A stretch of DNA of 64,000 nt from Minutocellus sp. GHC0000111 (lineage: Eukaryota): contig OZ361260.1 in assembly GCA_977018835.1 (NCBI GenBank), positions 2,170,001 through 2,234,000 of the forward strand, in the 5' to 3' direction. Shown in pieces: positions 33,298 through 45,708 of the stretch. Under the pieces are notes generated by a model. That model ran no database searches. It was not told the origin of the DNA and saw only the letters and a list, made by a program, of their open reading frames with translations. The translations under genes and the position numbers were made by a program. Every line of letters starts with the position of its first letter. Positions within the stretch are counted from its first letter, which is position 1.

Positions 33298-35439
33298 CAC
33301 AGTGATGTAAACGTACGTACGCGGAGGTAAGTAGCCAACGGACCAACGCGGAGGCGGTGGACGGAGGCAAGGCACAGCACCATCTGCCAGCCGGATGACT
33401 CGCATACTTTTGGTCGCACTTTCGGTGGCCGGCCGGCGCGCGAAGCAACCGACCGGCGCGCCCAACGCGAGCCACCATGGCGGCAAAAATTCAAGTTGCC
33501 GCCGCTGCGTGCAGAACGAAGGCGATGTCTCGCGCTGGTGTGGGAGAATTACGGCACGAGACCAACCAGGTGCTCCCGACATCCTGGTGATGTTCCCGTT
33601 GGTCTCGATCCACAATTCTCCATGAGCAAAAAAAATGACGGCCGCAATCCCGCGGTCAACACCGCAGACAGAATTGCGGTGCAGGACGCCCTGGCTGAAC
33701 TGCTCGTCCGTCTTCGCAGAAAGGAACTTCATTGCTACAATTTCATCGGCAACAACAACGACTCCTTGATGAATGTGTTGGGATGCAGTCCCATCATGTG
33801 CGGCGCCGTCATGTGCACACTGCGGGCATCTTGGGTTTGAAGAAGAAGAAGCACGAAGACTGCTGCGATGTGTTTTTTGTGAGGACAGACAACCAGAGTG
33901 GATGGGATGAAGTGGCATCAAGACGCTGCCTTGCCGACGACGTTCAGCGAACCCCACACAAAAAGAGCATGTTTGTTCGCCTCGGTTCCATCAATCCTCG
34001 TGCAGCCGACGCTCTCCATGATGATGGATGGATGGCTTTCGACATGGTCACGGTCGAGCAACAATTTCGCCTCGAAATGCCGCCGCCGCGGCTCAATTTG
34101 ACGAAGGCATGCAATGCATTCCTCAAGTCGGTCGCACCACATATGTCGGTGGGATGTGCGGCGATGGACTACGAAATCAACAGGCAGATGTTGCTCGAGG
34201 CCCAGAAGCTCCCTGGTGGGCACACAATGGCCAGGACGATGGGTGGGACAATGACGACGATGTTGGGACGGTGGGCACCCTGACCACGACGGAGGCCGGC
34301 GAGATCAGTGAGGACGACGACGACGAAGACGAGGACTGTGTGCCCTGCCATGAGGACGAAGCTGATGTTGCAAGAGAGGACGCTAGCCACACATGAAGCA
34401 TGCATGCAGCAGTGCTTTGAGAAGAATCGTCAGAAGCACGGTGATGGCGAGCCAGAGATGGGAGCTGTCGATGATGCCGAGGATGACGATGCCCCTCACT
34501 TCCATTTCCTGAAAAAGGCCGGCATTGAGGCGGCCGACTCAGGCAAAGTGAGGGCAGTGCTGGCAGAATGCTGGAGAGCTTTATCTGTTAATGTTTCTGA
34601 TGGCAACAACAAGAAGAAACCAAGGACAACAGAGTTCATCCACCATAACACCTCCACCAAAGGAACTCTCCTAGAGCACAATCGCGAGGAAGATGGCATG
34701 ACGGATGACGACATCAAAGAGCTCTGCAAAGCTTGCTCTAATTTGCTCCACACTCTTGACGCAACATGTTCCAGGTTTCTGAAATGGCACATGAAATGGG
34801 ATGATGAGGCAAAGAAGGCTGTGAGAGAGCTTGAAGCATTGATTGCAAGTGCCCTCAAAAGCAAGCACGGACGGGCAATCGGTGTTAGCATGGCGCCCAA
34901 GTGGCACTTACTCGAAGATCACATCTTGGACCAACACATTTGGCTAGTGAAGAATGGATGGGGCGGCACCTATTGGCTCGACGAATCGTTTGTAGAGCGA
35001 GCCCACCAAGAGGGCGTTAAGGAAGATCGTCGGACTCAGGGCGTCAAGGGATGTGAGGCCCAACAGACGGCGCAGTTCAAGGCTGAGGAGAGGGCATCCA
35101 ATCCAAAGGTCGAGGAGAGGCGGGAGCGAAACTCTCGGGTGGCAAGAACAAGGAAAAGGACAAGGACCGAAGCTGTTAAAGCAGAAACTGATGACAAGCG
35201 CCAACAAATGATCATGATGGCCACCGATGGAGATGAGGATGTAGAGATGGGAGCAGGGAATGCATAAAATTAGAAAATGAAATTGCACCACTGCCACACA
35301 ACAACAAATGAATTGCACAGTCCAACTTTTACAAACAGCATCATCGCGATTGAGCAAAAAAGTAAATAGCACACCCAAACAAACACATCACGTCCTTCTT
35401 AACTCACCCATTTATCTCCCAGACCAAAAAGTCCCTGTG
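33298..35439 (+). mobile_element. Degenerate, internally deleted Transib/RAG1-like DDE DNA transposon
   Basis: Fragmented ORFs; C-terminal motif APKWHLLEDHI...GWGGTYWLDESFVERAHQ (HxxxxH...E); boundaries are tentative (CACAGTG at 33298, CCCTGTG ending 35439). Confidence 0.6.
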
Positions 35440-36074
35440 TCGGGTTGATTGTTGCACAAACTTATCCCAATGCTATCTGTCTCTCCTCGGGCGCAAAATC
35501 ATTGTCGGAGTTCCGGGAGGTCGAGTGGGGATGCGATCGGTCGGGATCAGCGAGAGTCGGTCATACGGGGGGTGCGGCACAATCCCGGCAGTTTATCATC
35601 AACAACAACGTGGGAAAGTACCAGAGGGTCTGGGGCATCACAACGGGAGCACGACGAGCACAAAGACGGAGCAATGGTGCCACCCCAGCCCAGAGAAACG
35701 AACGGCCGACAGATGGAGGAAAAGCAGGCCGATGGTTCGTGGCGTTGATACGCAGCGGAGGCCAATCTGAGGATACAGTAAGCTTCAACTATATCCAAAC
35801 ATGATAATGAATGCGTATTTGGTACGAAAATGTAGTTGTACGCCGGCGCAACGCCGACGGACCACCATGGTGTTGGACAGTCAAAGAATGGGTGACGAAC
35901 GAGATTGGGTTTTGGTGGGTTTCTTCGTGACGTGTTCGTCTTCTGCCGAAAAACGATTCATCCGACCGGCGAAACAAGACGAGATGGGGCTGTGAAGGGA
36001 GGCGAGAGAACAAGGCATACCGCGATCTGATCAGCAACTTGACTCGATCAGCCGCCCACTTACTCATATCAAAC

Positions 36075-36910
36075 ATGTCGAGCGGTTTTGGCAATTGGAA
36101 TTACGATCAGAAAGGCGGAAATGGCGGCGGTGGTGATCTCGAGAGCGGCGGGGGCGGAGGGGAGACTGCCAGCTTTCTCGGAGCCAGCGGAATGCCGGCC
36201 ATGCCGGAGGGCATGTCGTGGTCCAACTTCAAGTCCTCTCTGGAGGCACAAATGCCGCAAAAAGTGATGGGAATGAATTATCAGGAACGCTTTAAGGTGA
36301 GGAATAGCATGCTGCCCGTTTGGTGCCTCGTTTGTGACTGTGAGTGTTAGTACAAGCATAAATTCACTCACTCATGTTATTTTATTTGTGCGTTCCCTTC
36401 GTGCTTTCAATCCGGTACAATGCGATCGGACTGTAGGTGTTTTGTGCGCTTCTGATTTTGTCGGCGCTCTTCTTTGCACTTGCATTTGCTGTGGGATTGC
36501 CAATGATTTACATCCGGCCGCAGAAGTTTGCCCTGTCGTTCACATTCGGTAGCCTCATGTTCATGGGCTCTTTCGCCATACTCAAGGGACCATACGAGCA
36601 CATAACGGGAATGCTCGTGCCTGACCGACTGCCATTTACGATCGTGTATGTCGGTTCGATGATGGCAACTTTGTTCTTCACATTTACTGTCGGAGGTGCC
36701 AGCGGCTATGTTGTGGTGATGGCATGTTCAGCGGCACAGCTACTCGCGCTCATGTGGTACTTGATAACCTTCCTGCCCGGTGGTGCGCAAGGAATGCAAG
36801 TCCTCAGCGCTGCAATTTACACATTGCTCAAACCTGTGGTAATAGCATGTACTCGATGCTGGGCAACATTCCTTGCCAAGGTTCTTGGAAGAGCGGTGGG
36901 TGCCGGGTAA
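36075..36910 (+). CDS. SFT2: Got1/Sft2-family vesicle transport protein; intron 36297-36436
   Basis: GMNYQERFK|VFCALL, RPQKFALSFTFGS, DRLPFT..Y.GSM, WYLITFLPGG. Confidence 0.9.
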
Positions 36911-37211
36911 GTCTTCATCAGGCAAGGAGCGGCACTATCATGTAGCTAATTCGGAATGAAACCATCCACTTCAATGTAATTTTATAACCATTCCACACGT
37001 CGTTCATCTATTCCACAATTGCTTCTCTTTTGTAGAAGAACCCACGGGTCATAAATATTGTGCATATGGCCAGTGGGGGTTACGTACCGACGTTCACAAT
37101 GCTATTTTTGAGGACATTGCTTCCGTTACACACTGCAATAATGGTACATAAATATATAGGTGTTCTGGGTTTGCATCTACGTAGCTACATTACTCATTTT
37201 CTGTCAAATTA

Positions 37212-40200
37212 TTAGCCCAGCAGGCACTTGTTCAAAACTTCAACGAGCTCTCCGCGCGTAGGCGCGGTGCCCTTGAGACCGAGCCCCTGCTTCAGTTCTC
37301 GCAGATCCGGGACAGTCATTCCATCGAACGACAGTCGGCCCGCCTTGGCTTCATTGCTCTTGTGAATCCACAAGGCAAGTCGGACGATGAGCTGGCTTTT
37401 TGTTCCGCTGGTGCTAAGACCTGCAGACTTGAGCTGGTCTTTCAGCTCTGAAACACTCTGCTCTTCAAGCTCGCCGACAATTTGGGCGCCCGTTGTGGCA
37501 ATGTCGTTTTCACCCGTAGCACCGTTTGGCGCTGCATCGTCTTCATCGTATCGAAGAAATCGCAATGCATTCTTGAGAATCGTCATACCGTTTCTTGGGT
37601 CCGTCAGAATGGACTCGGGGTGAAATTGGACAGCAGCATATGGCTTAGTTTTGTGCTGAATGCCCATGACGATGCCATCTTCAGTAATCGCTGTGATATC
37701 GAGACAATCCGGGAAGCTGTCCTTGATTCCATGCAGGGAATGATATCTTGCAACCTCGAACGTGTCAGGAATGCCGTTGAAAATGCTGGTTTCGTCCTTT
37801 CCTCGCATGGTCAAGCTTACAGGGGATGGCTTGCCGTGCATGGGGTAGCTGAGAACTCCAAGGACGCCGCCAAAATGTTCCACCATACCCTGCAATCCGA
37901 GGCATACTCCAAACCCAGGAATCTTGTGCTTTTCCATAAAATCAATCTCAGTGGAGAGGGCAAAATCAGAGGGGGTGCCAGGGCCAGGCGAAAGGACGAT
38001 CATGTCGGGCTTGTTGCCATCGCTGATCATGGCCTCCATCTTGGCGAGGGCAGAAGGCCCACTTCGTAGGGTTGTGACTTCAGCTCCAGTCTGGCGAAGG
38101 TAATTGCCCAATGTATGAACAAAGGAATCTTCGTGATCAAGTAGAATGATTCGCTTGCCCTTACCAACAGCCTCTTCTTTTGGGGCAGCGGGAGCAGCAC
38201 CTTCCTCGGGCCCGATTTCCTCTGTGGACAGCACTGCATCGATCATTGCCGATGCCTTAAGCTCTGTTTCCTGTTCTTCTGCGATTGGGTTAGAGTCATA
38301 GAGTAGTGTGGCTCCGGCTCGTACCTCGGCGACGCCCGACTTGACCCGGACGGTACGGAGTGTAAGGCCAGTATTCATTGTGCCATCAAATCCGACCATA
38401 CCAACGGCGGCTCCATACCAGTGACGAGGCGAGCGTTCATTGTCTTCAACAAATTGAATAGCCCACGTCTTGGGTGCACCAGTAACAGTAACCGCCCAAG
38501 TGTGACAAAGGAATGCGTCCAGAGCGTCGAACTCGGGGCGAAGACATCCCTCGACGTGGTCCACTGTGTGGATCAGACGACTGTACATTTCAATCTGCCT
38601 CCTACCAATCACCTTGACCGATCCGGGCTCGCAAATGCGCGACTTGTCATTACGGTCAACATCAGTGCACATGGTTAGCTCACTTTCCTCCTTCTGGTTC
38701 ATCATGAGACTCTTGACGCGCTGGGCATCTTCCAGGGCATCAGCACCACGGGCCACGGTGCCTGAGATGGGACAAGTTTCAACGCGAAAGGCACCTGGGC
38801 GATAATCGTTGTCCTCAATCCTTTCGCAGCGAACAAACATTTCGGGACTAGCGCCAATCAGATACTCCTCCTCACCGAGATTGATCAAAAAACCATATGG
38901 GGCAGGATTTCTGTTCCTTAGTCGTCGGAAAATTGTCGACGGAGGGCTCTTGTCGGTCAGCTTGTTGCGGAAGGTTTGCGACAGAACAGCCTCGAATAGA
39001 TTGCCCACGGCAAACTCCCTCTTGGCACGCTCAGCCGACTCGGCAAACTCTCCCTTGGGGGTATCGCGGTCGCTAAATGCAGCAACGGCCTCGGCATCTT
39101 CCTCGTCGAAAGGTTCAAACGGCTCTACGTCACCGACCCGTGGCAATCCCTGCGTCGACCTGCCCTGCACATTGAAATCGTACTTGATCTTCCACGAGTC
39201 TCGCTTATCCTGATCAACGACAAGAATTTCATCTGGCAGATAGAGCAAGATGTCTCGCTGGGAGTCATCGCGCACTTGACTCTGCTTGATGGGTTCGAAT
39301 TGGAAGGTCAAATCATATCCGAAGGCACCGTACAAACCGAGTTGGCCATCTCCATCTTCATATCCAAACATGTCAATCAGCGATCGGACCACTGAAAATA
39401 GTGAAGGCTGCAGGTAGCGTCGGCGAAGGCGATGCATGATAATTGGAATGGGTTGGGAAAATGTGAGTATCCTGAGGAGGAAACACTACAAGCATATCGA
39501 TCGAACGTGACTTCTTCAAAGCCAACGCCGGCCTTTCGTGTAATGTACTAACCTGTCTTGACCTGTCCTCCTCGCTAAAAGATCCAACATCGGCAGGAGG
39601 GACGACCACCACATCAACCCGAATGGCAGTTCCCTCGGGACCACATTCGTCGGCATTGTCGCCACTGCAGGTCTGGATATCAACCGATTTCAGAATGCCA
39701 TCCGCCTTGAGCGATTCCATGGCTTGAATGACAGCGGGGAGGATTACCGTACCCCTCTCGTTAAGCGCCTTGATGGTGCACCTATTCTCCCGACCTGAAA
39801 CTTCCAGAGGCGGATCGACAAAACCAAGCGACCAACGAGCATACCTGTTAAGGGTGGAAAGGAAAATGTTGGTGAGCTGAGGCTGAATGTTTGCTTGGTG
39901 GAAAAGGCAGTGAAGCCTCGTGTCATGTCATGCCCCGCCATTCAGAAAGAATTGAACCAAGACGAAAAACTTACCGTCCAGGGAACTCAAATGAGCTGGT
40001 CAGCAGAGCTCCCTTGCTACCATCGAGCTTGTCGACCAAGTCTTCCACGGCCCTGTTGGACGTTCCTTCGGCCATGCTGTTCTGGTCAAATACCAGCCGA
40101 TCGACCTGGGCCGTCACCTGAACGCCGCCCTTGGTGAGGAAATGTCCTCCAAGGGGACGCTTTCCGGGAGCTCCGAGGCTCAAGTTCTTCTCCACGGCAT

Positions 40201-40441
40201 CCTGAGACGCCGTTCGGGTTCCAGCACCGCCAGTCTTGGCTACGTGCACGGCATTGTAGTTCGGGTCCGCAACCTTGGTAACGGCAAACTTTTGTTCCGA
40301 AAGTGCCGATGTCGTTGCGGAGGACGGAGAGGCCGGGGACGAGGCAAATTGGAACGGACCTGTCCTCGGCGCAAATGACCAAGCCGGACCAACCGTCGCC
40401 ACCACAAGTGCCACGAGAGCCAATGAGTGATATCTGCCCAT
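37212..40441 (-). CDS. trpEG: Plastid anthranilate synthase, fused TrpE-TrpG, with C-terminal SAP-like domains; introns 39845-39974 and 39408-39552
   Basis: Signal plus WS|FAP; SSFEFPGR|YARW; RSRQ|PSLF; GASPEMFVR, CPISGT, ELTMCTDVDRND, TVTGAPK; GATase motifs DHEDSF, SPGPG, GVCLG, RYHSL, QFHPES. Confidence 0.95.
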
Positions 40442-41462
40442 GCTTGCTATTGTTTTTGCTGGTATGCGCCGTCACGTTCGTGTCAGTGTGTGTTTCTTCC
40501 AACGGAACCAACTGCCAATCGTCTTGAAGTTGAGATGAAATGCAATCCAAACTTTTGTGCTTGATTCTGGCCAGTCGATCGCCGGAAAACCAAAAGCTGC
40601 CAGAAACGTAGACAGTGGGGGAGGGAAGCAGAGGAATACCCCTGGGGAGCGAGATACAAGTGAGGCAATCCTTCCTCTTCCGCGCTTGGAACTGGCAAAT
40701 GATACGCTTCCAGCTTCCGCCAGCGGACGCACGACGATCAGACCCCGAACGTACTTGCTCCCAATTCAACAATTTTGTGGATATTTTAACAAAAGTTAAC
40801 TTTGGAGAGTGTATGGCAATCGATGCAGGGTGATGAGTGCAGCCTCATCTCGTCTCGTCGTCTCTCATTTGACGCCTCCTCACAAAAAGAACCATGCCAG
40901 AACAAGCAGAAAAAGCACACCCAGCGGCAAAACGACCACCAGCAGCACATCATTTGGGAGCAGAGACGGGCCCGCATCATCACAAATCGCTGCAAAGCGT
41001 TTTAGTTTAGGAGTCTGTCAATGCCGCCTCTCGGTTAGAGGGATGTTGGCAAGCCAACATGCGAGCTAGGCTCAAGTCAAAGAATAGATCTCTCCTACCG
41101 AACAGACCCCATAATTGGGGTAAGCAGGGACACTTTTAGGGGCACTTGTGAGATGTCATACCAAAAATGCACCATGCCGGTGAACCGGCTGGGACGAAAA
41201 AGGTGTTAGGAAAACTTGCATTGCAATCATGTGTGTGTCATTCTTCGTCTTTTCGGGAAAAGAAACGACACAGGAGATCTCGTGGGTGGTAGAGGAGGCT
41301 CCCCGGACGGGTCCGGGGGTGGCCATGGCACCGCCGCCGGCCGCAGCGGCCAGGGCCGTCGTGGCAGCGATGCGCATTTTCTTATCAATTACGTTGGTCG
41401 TGCAGGTAGCGGCGAGTATTAATTCTACATACAACCGAGAGACGGGTGATTGGTAGTGAGCT

Positions 41463-44011
41463 TTGATCCCTTTGCGTTTTGTCTCAGAAACGAAAGAGTC
41501 GCATCATCACAAATCGTATCATTTACGCCACCATGATGCCAGCGATGCGATAGGGCGGCAACGGGGAAGTGTTGCCACGGCAAGGAATGCCCGTTGGGAA
41601 AACGAAGGAGATCCGAGACATGCTGCTTCGTTGAGGTGGAAAGAACGGCAGACCCGAGCTGCCGTAGCAGCTGCGCCAGTGAATCAATGTGATCACGTCA
41701 AAGCCAACAAGACGCCGGAAAGTGAGCACGAGAAGACCCTGGACTACGATGCTGAGCTTGGCAAGCACTTCCCCTCTGTTGGAGTCCATCCTACGCCGCA
41801 GCTTTCCCGACGGCCATCACCACGACACCATCGACTATCTATCCGAGCAAATCCGTTCTCAATACGATCGGGTAAGAAACTGACGTGGACAATTGTTACT
41901 ATGGAGTTTGTGTATGGTGACGCAAAACAAGGCTGCCGAAAGGGTTGTCCATGTGTTGACAATACAAGAGATACCGAGAACGAAAGCGACACGAGACGAG
42001 AGAGAAAACTCATCCTCGATAATTGCTGGGGCGAAGTTCCCGAGAAGGAAATTACAGCGATCCTAGGACCCAGCGGGAGTGGCAAGACTTCGCTACTCAA
42101 TATACTGGCTGGTCGGGCAAAGACTCGAGGCAAGCTAAGGGTATCGGCAGATGTGAGAATAAACAATCACAGCGTCGATCCAACCAAACAGGCCGTGAGG
42201 AAGCAGATTGCATTTGTACCGCAGGACGATTCATTGCAAATCACTGCAACCCCGAGGGAGGCAATACGATTCTCAGCAAAAATGCGACTGTCAGTCAAGA
42301 CGTCGGAAGCAGAGCTGGATGATCTAACTGGCGTTATGCTATCGGAACTTGGGCTCAAGGAATGCCAACACACAATTATTGGAGGTGCTTTGGTGAAGGG
42401 CATATCTGGGGGCGAACGAAAGCGAACGGCGGTTGGAGTGGAGCTGGTTACCAAGCCCGCATTGATATTTCTTGACGGTGAGCTAGCGCATGGAAATGGG
42501 TTTTGTTGTTGATATTGTAGTATGTCAAAGGGAGGAGTGGTCTGTGTTGGCACATGGCGAGAACCCTTATATTCATCCTATTCTCTCATTGCTCTCTCAT
42601 TACACGTAAATTTGCCAGAACCCACATCGGGACTAGATGCTTTCAGTGCGGTACAGCTTATCAAAGTATTGAAGAAAGTTGCGGCGGCAGGATCGAGTGT
42701 GCTAACGACGATCCATCAACCATCATCAGAAGTATTCAATGCATTTCATCATGTTATCTTGCTAAACAAGGGCATGGTTATGTACGAGGGCGAAGTGCGC
42801 GATGTTCCCAACTTTTTCGAGGCCAGAGGCCACCCAGTACCACCGCATTACAACCCAGCAGATTGGATTATGAATGTAGCACAGGCGGTACCAGCTAAAG
42901 AGTTGGCAAAGAGAGGTTATTTTCCGTCTGACGCACGGTCTTGGACCCAAACAGAGGCTTTGTTTGTTGACGAGGAAGACGGGAGAAATGCGCTGGGTAT
43001 CACAGATCATCATCACAATGGCGAAGGCACATCGATCAAAGATAACGAGAAGAGGATAGGTTTTATCACCCAAGTATCGATGCTGTTCAAACGAGAGTTG
43101 CAAAACATCGCTCGCAACCGAAAGCCGTTGGTCGCCAGATTTGCCTTTTCCTTTATCATGTCCATCTTGGTCGGAATTTTGTTTCTTGGTATTGGAGGCG
43201 AGGGCTCTGAAGACTTTCGTGTAGGTCAGGCTCATTTTGGTGCACTCGTTCTCGTGCTGATGGTCCATGTTTGGTACGGCTATGCCTAGTTTGCTTGCAT
43301 TCCCAGAGGAGCGGCCCGTGTTTCTTCGCGAATACAGCACCGACCACTACTCGGTTGGAGCTTACTTTGTGTCGCGGCTGACAACTGAGGCCATAGTAAC
43401 ATTTCCTCAAATGCTCTTGAGCACGACCCTCACGTATCTCTTGATAGATCTACAAATGGCATTCGGGTATCTGCTGGCGGTTGTATACACACTTGCGATG
43501 ACATCAACCGCCGTTGCCGTGCTTCTAGGTGAGACTTCTGTTGAGAATAGGTGCATAAGAGGCTTCTCCCAAAATTTCGGCTTGTTTTATTCAACGTTAT
43601 TCACTCTTAATCTTAACGATCGATTATCTTCGGAAATCTCTCCCAGGATGCTCTGTCGAGGATCCCAAGATGGCTTCTGAATTCCTACCGTTGTTATTTG
43701 TACCGCAACTTCTCTTTGCCGGCTTCTTCGTTGCTAGTGAGCTCATACCAGAGTGGCTTCGATGGGCTCAATATCTCTGCAGCCTGACCTACGCTCTGAG
43801 ATTGGCTCTGCTTGCAGAATTTGGACCCTGTGCTGACGAGGAGGACCTGTCGTCGTCAGGACAACCGAATCATTGCCGAGCGATATTGGAAAATTCGGGT
43901 GCCGAGGAAGATCAAGAGTGGCTGTATTGGTTGGTGCTTTGTTGCCTCTTCTTGGCATTCCGATTGAGCGCCTTGCTGATACTGCGAAAGAAGGCAAAGA
44001 AATTTTTCTAA
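41463..44011 (+). CDS. ABCG (White-like) half transporter; introns 42478-42618 and 43529-43646; frameshift near 43265; start uncertain
   Basis: Walker A GPSGSGKT, ISGGERKR, FLD|EPTSGLD, TIHQPS, YNPADW, ERPVFLREY, PQLLFAGFF. Confidence 0.88.
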
Positions 44012-44227
44012 CGGTGTGGCATGTAAAGGTGGAAGCATAAAACAATAGTACGAATTAGGAACCGTAAAAATGTTACATGTTTAACGATAGACCTGCGATA
44101 GACCAGATCTAGCTAGCTTGCCAGATCTACATGATGATCATGATGGTCCTACTTCATCATCATCGGATCGCCTCTTTCCCCCAAATAAATGATTCGACGG
44201 TTCTCTGGAAAAAGAACAATCAAAATC

Positions 44228-45316
44228 CTATAGTTCCTTCCCAACCTCTTCCATGCATTGCTTGACATAGGCAGGAGTGATGACCGTACCACCGCTGCCA
44301 TTGGTGCCATCCCGGGCCTGAACCATCTTCGTCACAAGCTTCTCCTTGGCATCGGCAATCTTGGCCGCCACGACCCGCTGCTGGGCCGGGTTCAGCCTCC
44401 CCAGCTGATCGGAAACCCCCGACATGGCCTTGAGCAGGACGCTGTCCAAGATGGTGCGGATCCCATCCTCCCCGTTCACGGTGACGGAGGGCGACGCGGA
44501 TGCGGTGGTGGATGCATCAGAGGCAGGGGCAGCTGCAGCTGCAGCAGCTGGAGTATCTGCCTGTCCAAGGTCGGCACGGCAAAGCCCATCCTCCCCAATC
44601 TGCTCCGCGTGCGACGGCTCCCAGTTGGTCCCCTCCTTCCGATAGTGGGCCCGCGTCCCGCTGCTCATGTTGAGGAGGGTGTGGTCCGACAGGAACACCA
44701 CGTCCTCCAAACTGCGGTCGGGGAAGCCGTAGTGGGGCATGGCATCGTAGTCCAACGTGCGGACGGGAACAGTTGCGGCGTCAGCGGGCTTCTTCGGAGC
44801 GGGGACTGGGCTGGACCCAAAGTCCCCGCCGTCGTCTGTCAGGAGGTGCGTCCGGCCGTCCGGCGGGAGGAGGAAGGCGCCCCACCACAGGGTGATCGTC
44901 TTGGTTTGGACCGTCTGTTTGACAGGAGTTTTGTGGGAATTATTGGTGCTGCTGCTGCCATCGTCGGTACCAGTAGCATCGTTGCTGCCGGCGTCTACTG
45001 GCACGTCCACGTGCAGATCCCACTTCACCTCGATGCGATCTCCTGGACGCAAAGGGCACAGATCCAGAATGGCAGCGTCACTGCTGCTGGTACTGCCGCT
45101 GCATGTACCAGTGCCGCCTGAGGTACTTGGACTGATCGTGCTTGCTGCAGCAGCATCGGTCGAGGATACGCCGCCCTGGGATGGAGATGGAACGGCTGGA
45201 TCGGCCTGCTTCTCGTCGTCGCCCGCAAGAGTAGCAACAGCATCCCCCTTCGCCTGCCTCTTGGGCGCCGGCTGGTCGTCAGCCGGGGCCGAGCTCTGGC
45301 GCTTGAGTTCGCTCAT
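44228..45316 (-). CDS. Hypothetical protein (possible Tudor/SH3-like fold)
   Basis: Long ORF from MSELKRQ; PGDRIEVKW...WWGAFLL...LDYD. Confidence 0.65.
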   Translation of the reverse strand: MSELKRQSSAPADDQPAPKRQAKGDAVATLAGDDEKQADPAVPSPSQGGVSSTDAAAASTISPSTSGGTGTCSGSTSSSDAAILDLCPLRPGDRIEVKWDLHVDVPVDAGSNDATGTDDGSSSTNNSHKTPVKQTVQTKTITLWWGAFLLPPDGRTHLLTDDGGDFGSSPVPAPKKPADAATVPVRTLDYDAMPHYGFPDRSLEDVVFLSDHTLLNMSSGTRAHYRKEGTNWEPSHAEQIGEDGLCRADLGQADTPAAAAAAAPASDASTTASASPSVTVNGEDGIRTILDSVLLKAMSGVSDQLGRLNPAQQRVVAAKIADAKEKLVTKMVQARDGTNGSGGTVITPAYVKQCMEEVGKEL

Positions 45317-45708
45317 GGTTGTTGGGTTGAGAAAAATGGGCCAAGTTGGCAAAAGCGACGGAACGGCGAGCCGGCCCTGCCCATTCTCGGTGGCCGGCAG
45401 GCTCGCAAATTCAGTGGCGAAGGCGAAAATGATGAAGAAAAAGGAAGCTTTTGATTGAGTGCTGCGTGATGTCCTCTTGGGTCTATCGGTGCATGTACCG
45501 TAGCTCCATGCATGTAGCAAATGTTCTACATACTATCAAGTACTTAGATCTAGCTAGATCTAGCTTTGGACGGGGGGATGCTTTCTGGGATCAGATTGCA
45601 TCATCTTGCATCAAAGAGGCAGAGAGGCAGTCAGTCAGACTCTGGCTTACACGTTGTAAAAAACGTTCGGCTCTCAGAGTTCCTTGATTGTAGCGTAGCC
45701 CTCCTCAC

